Positions 1 through 13,203 of a stretch of 64,000 nt of DNA are shown in pieces. The notes below the pieces were generated by a model. That model was not told the origin of the DNA. It saw nothing but the letters and a program-made list of their open reading frames with translations, and ran no database searches. Positions within the stretch are counted from its first letter, which is position 1, and every line of letters begins with the position of its first letter. This DNA comes from Octopus vulgaris (taxonomy: Eukaryota). The stretch covers positions 23,002,001 through 23,066,000 of the forward strand of contig OX597841.1 in NCBI GenBank assembly GCA_951406725.2, read 5' to 3'. Position numbers and translations under genes: made by a program.

Positions 1-2110
1 GTTTAAAAGTGTTTAGTTACGTGGAAATTATTTAAAAAAACTGCCGTTCAAACCGAAAAGATCCCGACTCAATCCTAAAATAAAATGGTGAGAGTTATTT
101 TGAACATTGTGTCATTATTTTATCTGTCACTTGTTTCGGTCCTTTGACTGCAGACCATGCTTGGGTACCGCTTTGAGAAGTTCTTCGTCGAATGAAACGA
201 CCCCAGTACTTGTCTTTTTAAGCCTAGTACCCATTCTAACGGTTTCTTTTACCGTTTGCCGAACCGCCAAAAAAACAACAAATATCTTACAAACTATAGT
301 ATTTTCTCAATAAAGCCAAGAGAAAAAGATGTTTTATGTAACACATTCTACCAGTATACGAAGTTTTAAAGTTTCTTAGTTACGTGGAAATTATTTTAAA
401 AAAAACTGCCGTTCAAACCGAAAAGATCCCGGAATTGTTTTATAAAGGAGAATATTGGTGGAAGAGAGACAAGACACAGAAAAGCGGTTTGGAAGCTGAA
501 TGAACTTTTATTGAGCTTACGCAGAAGAAATACAGATATATATACATTGTCATACATACAAACTTACATGAATCGAAAGTGTCCTAAGGGAAATAACTCA
601 TAAAAGTCAATTAGATGCATTTCTATAGACGCAGACGTGGCTGTAAAGCTGAGAAGCTTGCCTTCCCGACCATGTGGTTTTACGTTCAGTTCCACTACAC
701 AGAACATTGGACAAGAACCTTCTATAGCCCTGGGCCGAACAATGCTTTGTGAATAGATTTGATAGACGACAAATGAAATGCTTATCTTCAATCGCATTAT
801 TTCCATAGACGTATTCGTATACGCATCGTAACTTTTAGATGTAGGTTTAGTTTATCTAGCATATAGATCTCCTATGTTAGGAGTATGTGTGTCTGTGGAG
901 TACTCAGCCACTTGCATGTTAATTTCACAAGCAGGCTGTTCCATTGAATGAATCGAAACAATTTTTGCTGCAACCCAAGGTGAGTCAGGCCACAGTCCAG
1001 CAATACATACTAAGGAAATTTTGCAGATGGAGATGAATTTTCTAACTTCCATTGGTCATCATCATCATCATCGTTTAACGTCCGCTTTCCACGCTAGCAT
1101 GGGTAGGATGGTTTGACTGAGGACTGGCAAACCAGATGGCTGCACCAGGCTCCAGTCTGATCTGGCAGAGTTTCTACAACTGGATGCCCTTCCTAACGCC
1201 AACCACTCAGAGAGTGTAGTGGGTGCTTTTACGTGCCACTGGCACGAGGGCCAGTCAGATGTAGAAACTTTGCCAAATCAAGATAAGAGCCTGGTGCAGC
1301 CATCTGGTTCGCCAGCCCTCAGTCAAAATCGTCCAACCCATGCTAGCATGGAAAGCGGACGTTAAACGATGATGATATATAATTGACATAAGCAAGAAAA
1401 TGATTTACTGTAGATATCTCACTGACAGAGGTTTTTACATATGTGTGACTATATCTATGTGCAGTTGTGTTTCAATTACAATGTGTATCAACATTTTTTT
1501 TTTTTTAGCTTTGGTGCTTTGGTCAGTGGGTTTGTTTTCCTATTTGCTTCTAGCTGGAAATCAAAAGAAATTACTAATATTCACTTAAAATTTTGCTTTT
1601 GCAACCTGGACATCAATGTTCTGAAATGTAGTGGAAAATATTTCCATTACATTTCAGAGAGATTCAGCACCGAAAATATTCTGCTCAATACCACGGATTT
1701 GCTTGTCAGTTGCTTGACCATAATCACTTGAGCATATCTCTTAGCAGATGATGAGAAAGAGTAGCTAGGGAGCATCATAGCCATGTGTTAAAAGGGATTA
1801 TTTGGGGTTTGATTAAATATAACAAACGCAAAGTTTGCAGGAAATAGTAACCATTTTTCATACTTTCTAGGGGTAAGCAAGAAGGAAGTAACAGTTGCGA
1901 CCCAAGGACCAAAATCGTGAGACACAGTGTTATTTGTGAATGATTTATCACAGATGTTGCAGTGATATGGCTTGCGACTTGTATGAAAGTATTGATAAGG
2001 AGTTAAGGCACTATTTCCAAAGAATTATTTACCACAGTCATCTCCTGCATGAATACATTTATGAATAGCTGAGGGACTATTTTCCAGAGAATGATTTTCC
2101 AGATATCACA

Positions 2111-3124
2111 CTATGGGTTTTCTTCTGTGTGAATACGCCTATGAGTACTTAAATATTTATTTTTTGAGAATGATTTATCACAGATATCACACTGATATGG
2201 TCTTTCTCCTGTGTGAACACGTTTATGTACAGTCAGTTGTGCACTTTGTGTGAACGATTTATCACAGATATCACAGTGATATTGTTTCTCTCCTGTATGA
2301 ATACGTTTATGAGTGGTTAAAGCACTACTTCCAGGGAATAACTTACCACAGATATCACACTGATATGGCTTTTCTCCTGTGTGAATACGTCTATGTATAG
2401 TTAAGTATGGGTTTTTCGAGAATGATTTACCACAGATATCACACTGATATGGTTTTTCTCCTGTGTGACTATTTCTATGGACAGTCAAATGTGTACTTTG
2501 GGAGAACGATTTATCACAGATATCACAGTGATATGGCTTCTCTCCTGTATGAATACGTTTATGAATTATTAAGGGACCACTTCCAGGGAATGATTTACCA
2601 CAGATATCACACTGATATGGTTTCTCTCCTGTGTGAATACGTTTATGTACAGTTAAGTGTGGACTTTTTGAAAATGATTTTCCGCAAACATCACAGCGAT
2701 ATGGTTTCTCACCTGTATGAAAGAGTTTATGTTGAGTTAAGTTGCTACTTCCGGAGAAAGATTTACCACAGACATCACAGTGATATGGTTTCTCTCCTGT
2801 ATGAATACGTTTGTGTTTTGTTAAGGTACTTCCTACAGAGAATGATTTACCACAGACATCACAGTGATACGGCTTTTCTCCTGTATGGATGCGAACATGA
2901 ACAGTTAAATTAACTTTCTGACAGAATGATTTACCACAGACATCACAATGATATGGCCTATCTCCCGTCTGAATACATTTATGATTATTGAGGTTATCTT
3001 TGTCAGAGTACGACCTACCACATATGTTGCACTGATAAGGTGTCTCGCTCTTCTCTATCTTTATATTATCAGGAAAATCAACAGGTTTAAATTCAACTGC
3101 GTTTTCACATAATTTATTTTCCAT
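2111..3124 (-). CDS. C2H2 zinc-finger protein ZNF-A1 (11 fingers, first degenerate), single coding exon
   Basis: 337-aa ORF of CxxC-x12-HxxxH repeats joined by TGEKPY linkers; short N-terminus MENKLCE...IKIEK. Confidence 0.95.
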   Translation of the reverse strand: MENKLCENAVEFKPVDFPDNIKIEKSETPYQCNICGRSYSDKDNLNNHKCIQTGDRPYHCDVCGKSFCQKVNLTVHVRIHTGEKPYHCDVCGKSFSVGSTLTKHKRIHTGEKPYHCDVCGKSFSGSSNLTQHKLFHTGEKPYRCDVCGKSFSKSPHLTVHKRIHTGEKPYQCDICGKSFPGSGPLIIHKRIHTGEKPYHCDICDKSFSQSTHLTVHRNSHTGEKPYQCDICGKSFSKNPYLTIHRRIHTGEKPYQCDICGKLFPGSSALTTHKRIHTGEKQYHCDICDKSFTQSAQLTVHKRVHTGERPYQCDICDKSFSKNKYLSTHRRIHTEENP

Positions 3125-3832
3125 AATTTTCCTTTTCCCACCAGAATACTATTTACTTGTTTCAGTCATTGGTTAGCAGCCACGCTGAGGCCACTGCCTT
3201 GTAGGGTTTTAGTCTAAGTCTTCTTAAGTCTGATACTCATAGCAATGGTCTCTTTTGCTGAACTGTCAAAACACGGAGAATAAATTCACACCAGATGTGA
3301 AGTGGGGAGATACACATACACACATATAGATGATGGTCGTTTTTCAGTTTTGTCTCTGAAATCCACTCACAAGGATTCGGTTGGCCTGGGGCTACAGGAG
3401 AAAATACTTGCTGAATTATTACATATATTATTCGTAACAGATATTTCTGCTGTTATATTTCCATCAATTCTGATCTATGTTGAGATTTGAAAAGGTTGAA
3501 ACTGCTTTGTAAATTTGTCCAAATTTAGTTTATCATTTAAAAATTCCAAGAAAAAATGTTGCTATAAATCGCCACTCAGAAAATGTATTTCACTGGAGCC
3601 TGGTGCAGCCATCTGGTTCGCCAGCCCACAGTCAAACCATCCAACCCATGCTAGCATGGAAAGCGGACATTAAACAATGAGGATGATGATGATGTAATTC
3701 ACTAGAGATTTATATAAGCGAATTATATCACTTCAGTAAACTATTTCCTTTAGTCTTCATAAGATGATAAATATTGATGATTTACAATGATTTTGCTGTA
3801 AGCAATCCTTTAACCATGAATGTTATTTGATT

Positions 3833-3856
3833 AACTGAAATAAGAAGGAAAAAAGC
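3833..3856 (-). promoter_or_regulatory. Splice acceptor for the ZNF-A1 coding exon (homologs near 11305 and 18522)
   Basis: Minus strand ctttttccttcttatttcAG, conserved upstream of all three A genes. Confidence 0.6.
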
Positions 3857-4361
3857 ATCAGATACAGAAGATATTTAAACAGTAGAGATACAATATTACC
3901 ACATCTCCTTACAAATAAACTGTACATATAATCATTTAACTGAATCGGATCTTTTCCTTTTGATAGACAGAATTCAACCCAATTTCTATTGAACTAAACA
4001 ACTTGAAACTTTGTATACTGGTAGAATGTGTCAAAAGAAAACATTATTTTCACTTGGCTTTTTTGAGAAAATTGTAATTTGTAAGTTTAATGTAGTTTAA
4101 TTCTTCGAATTTTAACCAATGAATCGCCAGTATTTGAGCTCAAATCATTTGCTGCGTCTAAAAACTCAGACAACATCCTGTTACTGTTTGCTTTCGTCGT
4201 TGCCTTGGAAAGCGATTATATATACGCGATGTGTGTGTGTGCATGGTGAAACACTCCGAAGAGGATGGATGGATAGAGAGACAGACAGACAGATAGATAA
4301 CTGAGACTCATAGTTACAGAGAAATAGATATACAAGCTTTAACTGATTTCCAATCAGAATC

Positions 4362-4743
4362 GAAATCGATCAATGGAAATTGCAGATGTGTTACCAGTGC
4401 CGGTGGCATGTAAGAGAACCTTCCGTTTCGCGACCGTTGCCAGCACCGCCCCATTTCGTGTCCGTTGCCAGCCTCGCCTGGCCCTCGTGCCGGTGGCACA
4501 TAAAAAGCACCATCCATTCGTGGCCGTTTGCCAGCTCTGTCTGGCACCTGTGTGGGTGGCACGTAAAAAGCACCCACTACACTCTCGGAGTGGTTGGCGT
4601 TAGGAAGGGCATCCAGCCGTAGAAACACTGCCAGATTTGACTGGGCCTGATGAAGCCTTCTGGCTTCACAGACCCCAGTAGAACCGTCCAACCCATGCTA
4701 GCATGGAAAACGGACGCTAAACGATGATGATGATGATGATGAT
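4362..4743 (+). mobile_element. SINE family C with RTE-type 3' end and (GAT)n tail (copies or fragments 1057-1376, 3596-3693, 11070-11163, 15430-15917, 51376-51540, 59545-60068, 62027-62377, 62687-63130, 63190-63495)
   Basis: GTTGGCGTTAGGAAGGGCATCCAGC...CCCATGCTAGCATGGAAAGCGGACGTTAAACGATGATGAT. Confidence 0.85.
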
Positions 4744-5014
4744 AGGACGAATGCTGCTGTTGATTAGCTCCAAGAGGCCATTGCCCCTAGCTATCTATGT
4801 GACACACGAACCTGAGTCCATATGTGTGTTAAATAAACACACAAACACATACATATAACCGTTTCAATGCAATAAAATGACGAAAAATAACGTAAAAGGT
4901 TAAAAAAAAAAGCGGGGGGGGGAACATATTTAGTGGATGTTGTTGTTCCGAAGGGAAGATCTAAGGGAGGAGGGACAAGACACGTGAGAATCATGGATTT
5001 TAAAGAAAATTGTT

Positions 5015-5180
5015 GGCGATCCTTCGGTATAGGTACCGTAAGTGGCTTTGTGTACGTTTCTGAAGATAACAGAAACCCTTTTCTCCCACCCCTAACCCTA
5101 ACCCCCCATATATATATAAAAAAAACAACACTTTCTTGAAATGTATCCGGTACTTCCGGTACCTATACCGAAGTTACGCC
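5015..5180. mobile_element. Merlin-like MITE carrying (CCCTAA)n; related copies 11627-11960, 19435-20101, 54299-54481
   Basis: TIR GGCGATCCTTCGGTATAGGTACC / GGTACCTATACCGAAGTTACGCC; 8-bp TSD aaattgtt. Confidence 0.75.
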
Positions 5181-5859
5181 AAATTGTTTTCCAAAAAAGA
5201 GCTTCACACGAAATTTGTTTTCACTAAAAGGAAACTAAGGTACTACTAAAGAAGGGTGGTCCCGGTGCGCGCACTCGCGCTAGCTAGTCGATCCTTACTT
5301 TGTGTTTTTGCTTTATTTACTGTTTTAAAAAATATTTACTTTGTGTTTTATTTACTTTGCTAGGTAGTCGTTGTAGGATCGACTAGTCACGACTAGCTAG
5401 TGCGGATGCGCGAGTACGCGACTGCGCGCACCGGGACCACTCTTCTTAAGTAGTACAGGCAACTTTAAAAAATAGGCAATCTTTCGTCTCTAGTAGACCT
5501 TTCCGTCGATATCCGTTAAAAAAATTTTTTTTACATATGGGCTTGCGGGAACTTTTGAAGTAATGAGAGCGAAAGAGACTAAGAGAAAGCGATTTTATGA
5601 CGAGGGAAGTTCTTTTGAAGTTACCGTGCATGTGAAGCATTGATGTACATGTGTGTGTGTGTGTGTTTGATGGGGTGTGGGAGACAGACAGTATGTTGTG
5701 TAAGTGAAGTGCTTCTGTTAGTGTGTGTGAAGAGACAGAGTAATGTGTGAAAGAGAGAGATAACTGAAATTTTTACTCGGTGTATGTGTATATATATATA
5801 TATATATACTATATCTTGCCAAAACAACAAAAGAAAAAAAAAAAACTCCGGAAAAATTG

Positions 5860-6135
5860 CGACTTACGTGAGGGTGCTTTCTCGATTATCCGGCAATTAT
5901 TTCATATCGATGTTTGGTTAGAATCCTTCAATTTTTCCGGTTATATCGTACGATGGAGGATTGGGTGATAATTCAATTGATGTTAACGAAGACATACAAT
6001 ATGAACAGATATAGTGGTTTCGTTATTAAATACGGAAATGTTTTATAAAGGAGGATATTGCGGGAAGAAAGACAAGACTCAAAGAAAAATGGTCTGGAAA
6101 TCTTATTAACCCTTAATGCGCTTGCGCAGAAGTGA
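5860..6135 (-). promoter_or_regulatory. Putative promoter/non-coding first exon of ZNF-A1 (homologs at 435-530, 11995-12275, 20275-20415)
   Basis: Conserved block with NRF1-like GCGCTTGCGCA and a minus-strand donor GTAAGT (acttac near 5862). Confidence 0.55.
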
Positions 6136-7484
6136 CACACATATACACACATACATATGTCTGTGTATAAATACCTATGTATATGTATAAGCATGTATAC
6201 ACACACAAATACACATACATAGATGAATGAAATATCGGTGCCCTAAGGGAAATAACTCTTTACTATCTTTTTGCTCTTTTACTTGTTTCAGTCATTTGAC
6301 TGCGGCCATGCTGGAGCACCGCCTTTAATCGAGCAAATCGACCCCGGGACTTATTCTTTTGTAAGCCCAGTACTTATTCTATCGGTGTCTTTTGCCGAAC
6401 CGCTAAGTAACGGGGACATAAAGCAATGCTAGGGGGACAAACACAGACACGCACACATATCTATATATATACATATATACGACAGGCTTCTTTCAGTTTC
6501 CATCTACCAAATCCACTCACAAGGCATTGGTCAACCTGAGGCTATAGTAGAAGACACTTGCCCAAGGTGCCATGCAGTGGGACTGAACCCGGAACCATGT
6601 GGTTGGTAAGCAAGCTACTTACTGCACAGCCACTCCTGTGCCTAACTCATAGAAGTCATTATGGAATTGAAGACGAAAGACGAGTAATGCTTAGCGCCAT
6701 TTCGTCTGTCGTTACGTTCTGTAAAAACGTCCCTTGTATTGTCTAATCATTTGTTTATATATATACTCTTTTTTACTTGTTTCAGTCATTTGACTGTGGC
6801 CATGCTGGAGCACCGCCTTTAGTCGAGCAAATCGACCCCAGGACTTATTTTTTTGTAAGCCTAGTACTTACTCTATCGTTCTCTTCTGCCGAACCGCTAA
6901 GTTACGGCGACGTAACCTCACCAGCATCGGTTGTCAAGTGATGTTGGGGGGACAAACACAGACACACAAACATATATATACATATATACGACGGGCTTCT
7001 TTCAGTTTCCGTCTACTAAATCCACTCACAAGGCTGTGGTCGGCCTGAGGCTATAATAGAAGACACTTGCCCAAGGTGCCACGCAGTGGGACTGAACCCG
7101 GAACCATGTGGTTGGTAAGCAAGCTACTTACCACACAGCCACTCCTGCACCTATAATAATCATGTTAAATTTTTAATCGACCCTAAATTGCTCTGTAATG
7201 TAAAATCACCCGTGATTGTGTTGTCATTTCTTTGTATAGTCCTTAATGGATAATAAATAAAAAAAAATCATAGGGCTATGTGTGTCTGTGGAGTGCTCAG
7301 CCGCTTGCATGTTTATTTCTCAAGCAGGCTGTTCCATTAATTCAACCAACTGAAATACTCGTCATTGTAACCCAAGGTGAGTCAGGCCAAAATGCAGCAA
7401 TATATACTAAGGACCTTTTGCAGATGGGGATTAATTTTCTAGCTTTCTCTCATTGGTATAACTAGTAAATTTATAAGTAACATT

Positions 7485-7659
7485 GGCGCAGGAGTGGCTG
7501 TGTGGTAAGTAGCTTGTTTACCAACCACATGGTTCCAGGTTCAGTCCCACTGCGTGGCACCAAGGGCAAGTGTCTTCTACTATAGCCACGGGCCGACCAA
7601 AGCCTTGTGAGTGGATTTGGTAGACAGAAACTGAAAGAAGCCTGTCGTATATATGTATA

Positions 7660-7694
<35 letters not shown>

Positions 7695-7912
7695 GTATGT
7701 ATGTTTGTGTGTGTATGTGTTTGTCCCCCTAGCATTGCTTGACAACTAATGCTGGTGTGTTTACGTCCCTGTCACTTAACGGTTCGGCAAAAAGAGACCG
7801 ATAGAATAAGTACTGGGCTTACAAAGAATAAGTTCCGGGGTCGAGTTGCTCGATTAAAGGCGGTGCTCCAGCATGGCCGCAGTCAAATGACTGAAACAAG
7901 TAAAAGAGTAAA
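7485..7912 (+). mobile_element. tRNA-derived SINE family A (other copies 6274-6642, 6766-7151, 13017-13410, 13435-13750, 18650-18982, 19026-19415, 25573-25955, 31733-31940, 34878-35412, 48854-49235, 57735-57992, 60101-60478, 63821-64000)
   Basis: A/B-box-like head GTGGCTGTGTGGTAAG...GGTTCAGTCCC, internal (TA/TG)n, tail GACTGAAACAAGTAAAAGAG. Confidence 0.85.
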
Positions 7913-8197
7913 GAATATACCAATGAGAAAAGTGAAAGATTCCTTAATAAAAACAAAACAGGACATACGTCACACAACATTTATGATAACCAGCATGTTG
8001 AGAATGATACAGTCAATTACAATGTGTAGCAAAATTTTAATTTTATTTTGTCTTTGGTCAGTAAGGCTTATTTCCTATTTGTTTCTACATAGAAACCAAA
8101 GGAAATGTTTAATATTCCCTTCAAGCTTATGGTTTTGTGACCTGGACATCAATATTTTGAGACTGACCTATTTTCCCATTACATTTCAGAGATTCAG

Positions 8198-8920
8198 TGA
8201 CCATCTTACAAACAATAACTCTGAGCACCTTTTCAAACTCCACCTGTCTAACACCCGTGGACATGTTTACAAAGTCAGAAAACAGCACAGCTCCCATGAC
8301 TTTCGGAAACATTTTTTCACGCTGAGAGTTGCTGAAGCATGGAACAAACTACCGGCATCAGTTGTTAGTTGTCGGAGCACTGCATACTTCAAAACTTCCA
8401 TGCTTCCTGAGATTCGCCAACACAACACCTGATTTTTCTCCCCTCCATACACACGCAAGCATGTATCTGACTCATACACTGTTCACTTCCCAGACATTTG
8501 AACATTACTGCATATGCAGACACCCCTAAAATTATCAACCATCTTACAAACAATAACTCTGAGCACCTTTTCAAACTCCACCCGTCTAACACCCGTGGAC
8601 ATATTTACAAAGTCAGAAAACAGCACAGCTCCCATGACTTTCAGAAACATTTTTTCACACTGAGAGTTGCTGAAGCATGGAACAAACTGCCGGCATCAGT
8701 TGTTAGTTGTCGGAGCACTGCATCCTTCAAAACTTCCATGCTTCCTGAGATTCGCCAACACTACACCTGATTTTTCTCCCCTCCATACACACGCAAGCAT
8801 GTATCTGACTCATACACTGTTCACTTCCCAGACATTTGTACATTACTGCATATGCTTTATACGCACTTTCTGACAAGTCATGGTGCACCTGAGCACTGTA
8901 TACAATAATTTCATTATTTA
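8198..8920 (+). mobile_element. CR1/L2-type LINE 3' end, tandemly duplicated
   Basis: TRGHxYKV...FFTLRVAEAWNKLPASVV...FK C-terminal motif twice (8198-8520, 8520-8920). Confidence 0.85.
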
Positions 8921-9632
8921 AGTTGCTGAAGTAGAAATATCGTTACACCAAATATTCTGTCCAATACCACAGATTTGTTTGAAGTTAACCACTTAAGCAT
9001 GTCCTGTGGTGGGTAATTATGTATATCACTGATGATAAGCAGAAGTAGTTATGGAGCATGTGTTGAGATTCTTTGGGGGTTTGAATAAATGTAACAATGC
9101 AAGGTTTGCAGGAAATAGTAACCATTTTTCATACTTTCTAGGGGTAAGCAAGAAGGAAATAAGAGCTGCTAACCAGTGACCAAAATCGTGAGACACAGTG
9201 TTATTTGTGAATGATTTATCACAGATGTTGCAGTGATAGGGATTGCGACTTGTATGATAGTATTGATAAGGAGTTAAGGCACTATTTCCAAAGAATTATT
9301 TACCACAGTCATCACAGTGATATGGTTTCTCTCCTGCATGAATACATTTATGAATAGCTGAGGGACTATTTTCCAGAGAATGATTTACCACAGTCATCTC
9401 CTGCATGAATACATTTATGAATAGCTGAGGGACTATTTTCCAAAGAATGATTTACCAGTCATCACAGTGATATGGTTTCTCTCCTGCATGAATACATTTA
9501 TGAATAGCTGAGGGACTATTTTCCAAAGAATGATTTACCAGTCATCACAGTGATATGGTTTCTCTCCTGCATGAATACATTTGTAAATAGCTGAGGGACT
9601 ATTTTCCAGAGAATGATTTACCAGATATCACA

Positions 9633-10658
9633 CTATGGGTTTTCTTCTGTGTGTATACATCTATGAGTACTTAAATATTTATTTTTTGAGAATGATTTAC
9701 CACAGATATCACAATGATATGGTTTTTCTCCTGTGTGAATAAGTCTATGCACAGTTAGGTGTGCACTTTGCGAGAATGGTTTACCACAAACATTGCACTG
9801 ATATGGTTTCTCTCCTGTATGAATACGTTTATGAGTAGCTAAAGCACTACTTCCAGGGAATGACTTACCACAGATATCACACTGATATGGCTTTTCTCCT
9901 GTGTGAATACGTCTATGTATAGTTAAATATGGATTTTTTGAGAAGGATTTACCACAGATATCACACTGATATGGTTTTTCTCCTGTGTGACTATTTCTAT
10001 GGACAGTCAAATGTGTACTTTGGGAGAACGATTTATCACAGATATCACAGTGATATGGCTTCTCTCCTGTATGAATACGTTTATGAATTACTAAGGGACT
10101 ACTTCCAGAGAATGATTTACCACAGATGTCACACTGATATGGTTTCTCTCCTGTGTGAATACGTTTATGTACAGTTAAGTGTGGACTTTTTGAAAAGGAT
10201 TTGCCACAAACATCACAGCGATATGGTTTCTCACCCGTATGAAAGTGTTTATGTTGAGTTAAGTCGCTACTTCCGGAGAAAGATTTACCACAGACATCAC
10301 AGTGATATGGTTTCTCTCCTGTATGAATGCGTTTGTGTTTCGTTAAGGTACTTCCCACAGAGAATGATTTACCACAGACATCACAGTGATACGGTTTCTC
10401 TCCTGTATGGACGCGTACATGAATAGTTAAATGAACTTTCTGACAGAATGATTTACCACAGACATCACAATGATATGGCCTATCTTCTGTCTGAATACAT
10501 TTATGATTATTGAGGTGATCTTTGCCAGAGTACGACCTACCACATATGTTGCACTGATAAGGTGTCTCACTCTTCTCTATCTTTATATTATCAGGAAAAC
10601 CAATAGGTTTAAATTCTGTTTTAAATTCAACTGTGTCCTCACATAATTTATTTTCCAT
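9633..10658 (-). CDS. C2H2 zinc-finger protein ZNF-A2 (11 fingers), close tandem paralog of A1
   Basis: 341-aa ORF, colinear with A1 finger by finger; flanks also homologous (about 1460-3945 vs 8010-11410). Confidence 0.95.
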   Translation of the reverse strand: MENKLCEDTVEFKTEFKPIGFPDNIKIEKSETPYQCNICGRSYSGKDHLNNHKCIQTEDRPYHCDVCGKSFCQKVHLTIHVRVHTGEKPYHCDVCGKSFSVGSTLTKHKRIHTGEKPYHCDVCGKSFSGSSDLTQHKHFHTGEKPYRCDVCGKSFSKSPHLTVHKRIHTGEKPYQCDICGKSFSGSSPLVIHKRIHTGEKPYHCDICDKSFSQSTHLTVHRNSHTGEKPYQCDICGKSFSKNPYLTIHRRIHTGEKPYQCDICGKSFPGSSALATHKRIHTGEKPYQCNVCGKPFSQSAHLTVHRLIHTGEKPYHCDICGKSFSKNKYLSTHRCIHTEENP

Positions 10659-12562
10659 AATTTTCCTTCTCTTGCTAAAATATCATTTGTTTCTGTTATT
10701 GGACAGAAGCCACGCTGAGGCACTGCTTTGTGGGGTTTTAGCCAAATGAAGGCTTTGGTTGGCCTGGGACTACAGTAGAAAATATTTGCCCAAGATGACA
10801 CACGGTGGGACTGAACCCAGAACCATGTGGTTGGGAAGCAAACTTCTTACCACACAGCCACACTTATATAAAGATGCTTATTTTTATCTTTTCTCCTCAC
10901 TCATATATTATTCGTAACAGATATTTCTGCTGTTATATTTCCATCAATTCTGATCTATGTTGAGATTTGAAGGGGCTGAAAACTCCTTTGTAAATTAGTC
11001 CAAGTTTATTATGTAAACATTCCAAGGAAAAATGTTGCTATTAATCACCATTCAGAAGAAATATTTCACTGGAGCCTGGTGCAGCCATCTGGTTCGCCAG
11101 CCCCCAGTCAAACCATCCAACCCATGCTAGCATGGAAAGCGGACGTTAAACAATGATGTTGATGTAATTCACCAGAGATTTACATAAGCAGATTATATCA
11201 CTTCAGTAATGTATTTCCTTTCGTCTTCAAAAGATGACAAATATTGATGATGTATGATGACTCTGCTGTAAGCAATCTTATAACCACAAATGTTATTTGA
11301 TAATCTGAAATAAGGAAAGAAAAAAAAGCAGTATAAGATAAAGAAGAGATACAACATTACCACATCTCCTTACAAGTAAACTGTAGATATAATTATTTAA
11401 CTAAACCACATCTTGTCACACTAGATTGGGTTAGGGTTAGGGTGACAGAAATCTCGATAAATCTATCAATAATTATTGATAGATATACTGAGATTAAGGT
11501 TAGGGTTAGGGTAAAATCCGCAAATTTCCAAGCAGAAAACAGGATCGAACTGTCATTTGCTTCCACGGAAATATCCGAAGTGAAGTGTTTTGATTTTGTC
11601 GAGTTATATCGAAAGAATGCCTTTTTGGCGATCTTACGGTATATGTACCGGTGTCGTAAGATCGCCGTGTTGGGTTTTTTTTTTATATATATGGGGGGTT
11701 AGGGCTAGGGTTTGTGTTAGGGTTAGGGGTGGGAGAAAAGGGTTTCTGTTATGTTCAGAAATGTAAAGAAAGCCATTTCCGATACTTACGGTACATATAC
11801 CGAAGGATCGCCAACAAAAGAAAAAAAAAAAACTCCGGAAAAATTGCGACTTTCTCGATTATCCGGCAATTATTTAATATTGATATTTGGTTGGAATCAT
11901 TCAATTTTTCCTGTTATATGTAAAGAAAACCACTTACGGTACCTATACCGAAGGATCGCCAACAAAAGAAAAAAAAAAACTCCGGAAAAATAGCGACTTA
12001 CGTGAAGGTGCTTTCTCGATTATCCGGCAATTATTTAATATTGATGTTCGGTTGGAATCCTTCAATTTTTCCGGTTATATTGTACGATGGAGGGTTGGGT
12101 GATAATTCAATTGATGTTGACGAAAACATACAATATGAATAGATATAGTGGTTTCGTTATTAAATACGGAAATGTTTTATAAAGGAGGATATTGCGGGAA
12201 GATACTTAAAACAAACGAATAAGAATAATGGTTTGGAAATAGAATCGAGTCTTATTGCGCTTGCGCGGAGGTGACACACACATACATATATAATATATAA
12301 TATACACATACAGATGTCTGTATGTATGTGTATAAACATACATACGCACAGATACACATACATACATGAATGAAATATCGGTGCCCCAAGGGAAATAACT
12401 CATAGAAGTCATTCGTACGTATTTGAACACGAAAGACGAGTAAGGGTATATTAAACATTATACAAGATAAATTCTTAATGAATTCATATTATTTATATAG
12501 ACGCAGACGTTGTTGTATAGTTAAGAAGCTTGCTGCAAAACCATGTGGTCTTCGGTTCAGTC

Positions 12563-12965
12563 CTATCATCATCATTGTTCGACCGTGGTCGAGACAATGG
12601 AATTTACCATGCTACGCCAGACTTCACGGTCCATCATGGCATTACGGAGGTCCTGTTGCTGGATGTCTGTATCCCTGGAGATTACAATCAGAGTAGGAGA
12701 GTGTGCGCCCTCTGGTATTGCGAGTAGATGGCTTCCAGAGGAGAAGAGTAGAAATTACCTTGTTTTCAGCTCTACAACAATGTCCAGCAAACTGGACTCT
12801 CCTACCTTTCACAAGAGATGACACAGGTGGTAGTTTCCCATCTATTTGCATTTTGGTTGGATGATACTTCCATGAGAGATTTTGAGCTCTCATAAGGAGG
12901 CGAGTGTGAGGTTTCTGAGCCATATAATTGAATTGGTTTGACTGTGGCTTTGAAGATTTCAAGTT
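12563..12965 (-). mobile_element. RTE-clade LINE 3' fragment
   Basis: RLLMRAQNLSW...RRVQFAGHC...LLLW motif, (GAT)n tail. Confidence 0.7.
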
Positions 12966-13170
12966 TGAAGTCTCTACTTAGATTTGATGACCAGATCTTA
13001 TTGAAGAATCAGTCCTATGGCTGTGTGGTAACATGTTTGTGTCACAACCACATGACTCTAGGTTCAGTTCCTCTGTGTGTCACTTTGGGCAAGTGTCTTC
13101 TACTATAACCGCAGGCTAACCAAAGCCTTGTGAATGGATTTGGTAGACAGAAACTGCAAGAAGGCTGTTG

Positions 13171-13203
<33 letters not shown>

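Noticed and set aside
2090-2113. A-to-I recoding of the A1/A2 UAG stop to extend the finger array
   Set aside because: Read-through gives CDIW and then leaves the finger frame; no intact finger would be added
2407-2913. Antisense ORFs over ZNF genes (also 9929-10426, 17167-17481)
   Set aside because: By-products of the 84-bp finger periodicity
7749-8432. 227-aa ORF as a gene
   Set aside because: Chance fusion of a SINE tail, ZNF 3' flank and CR1 3' end
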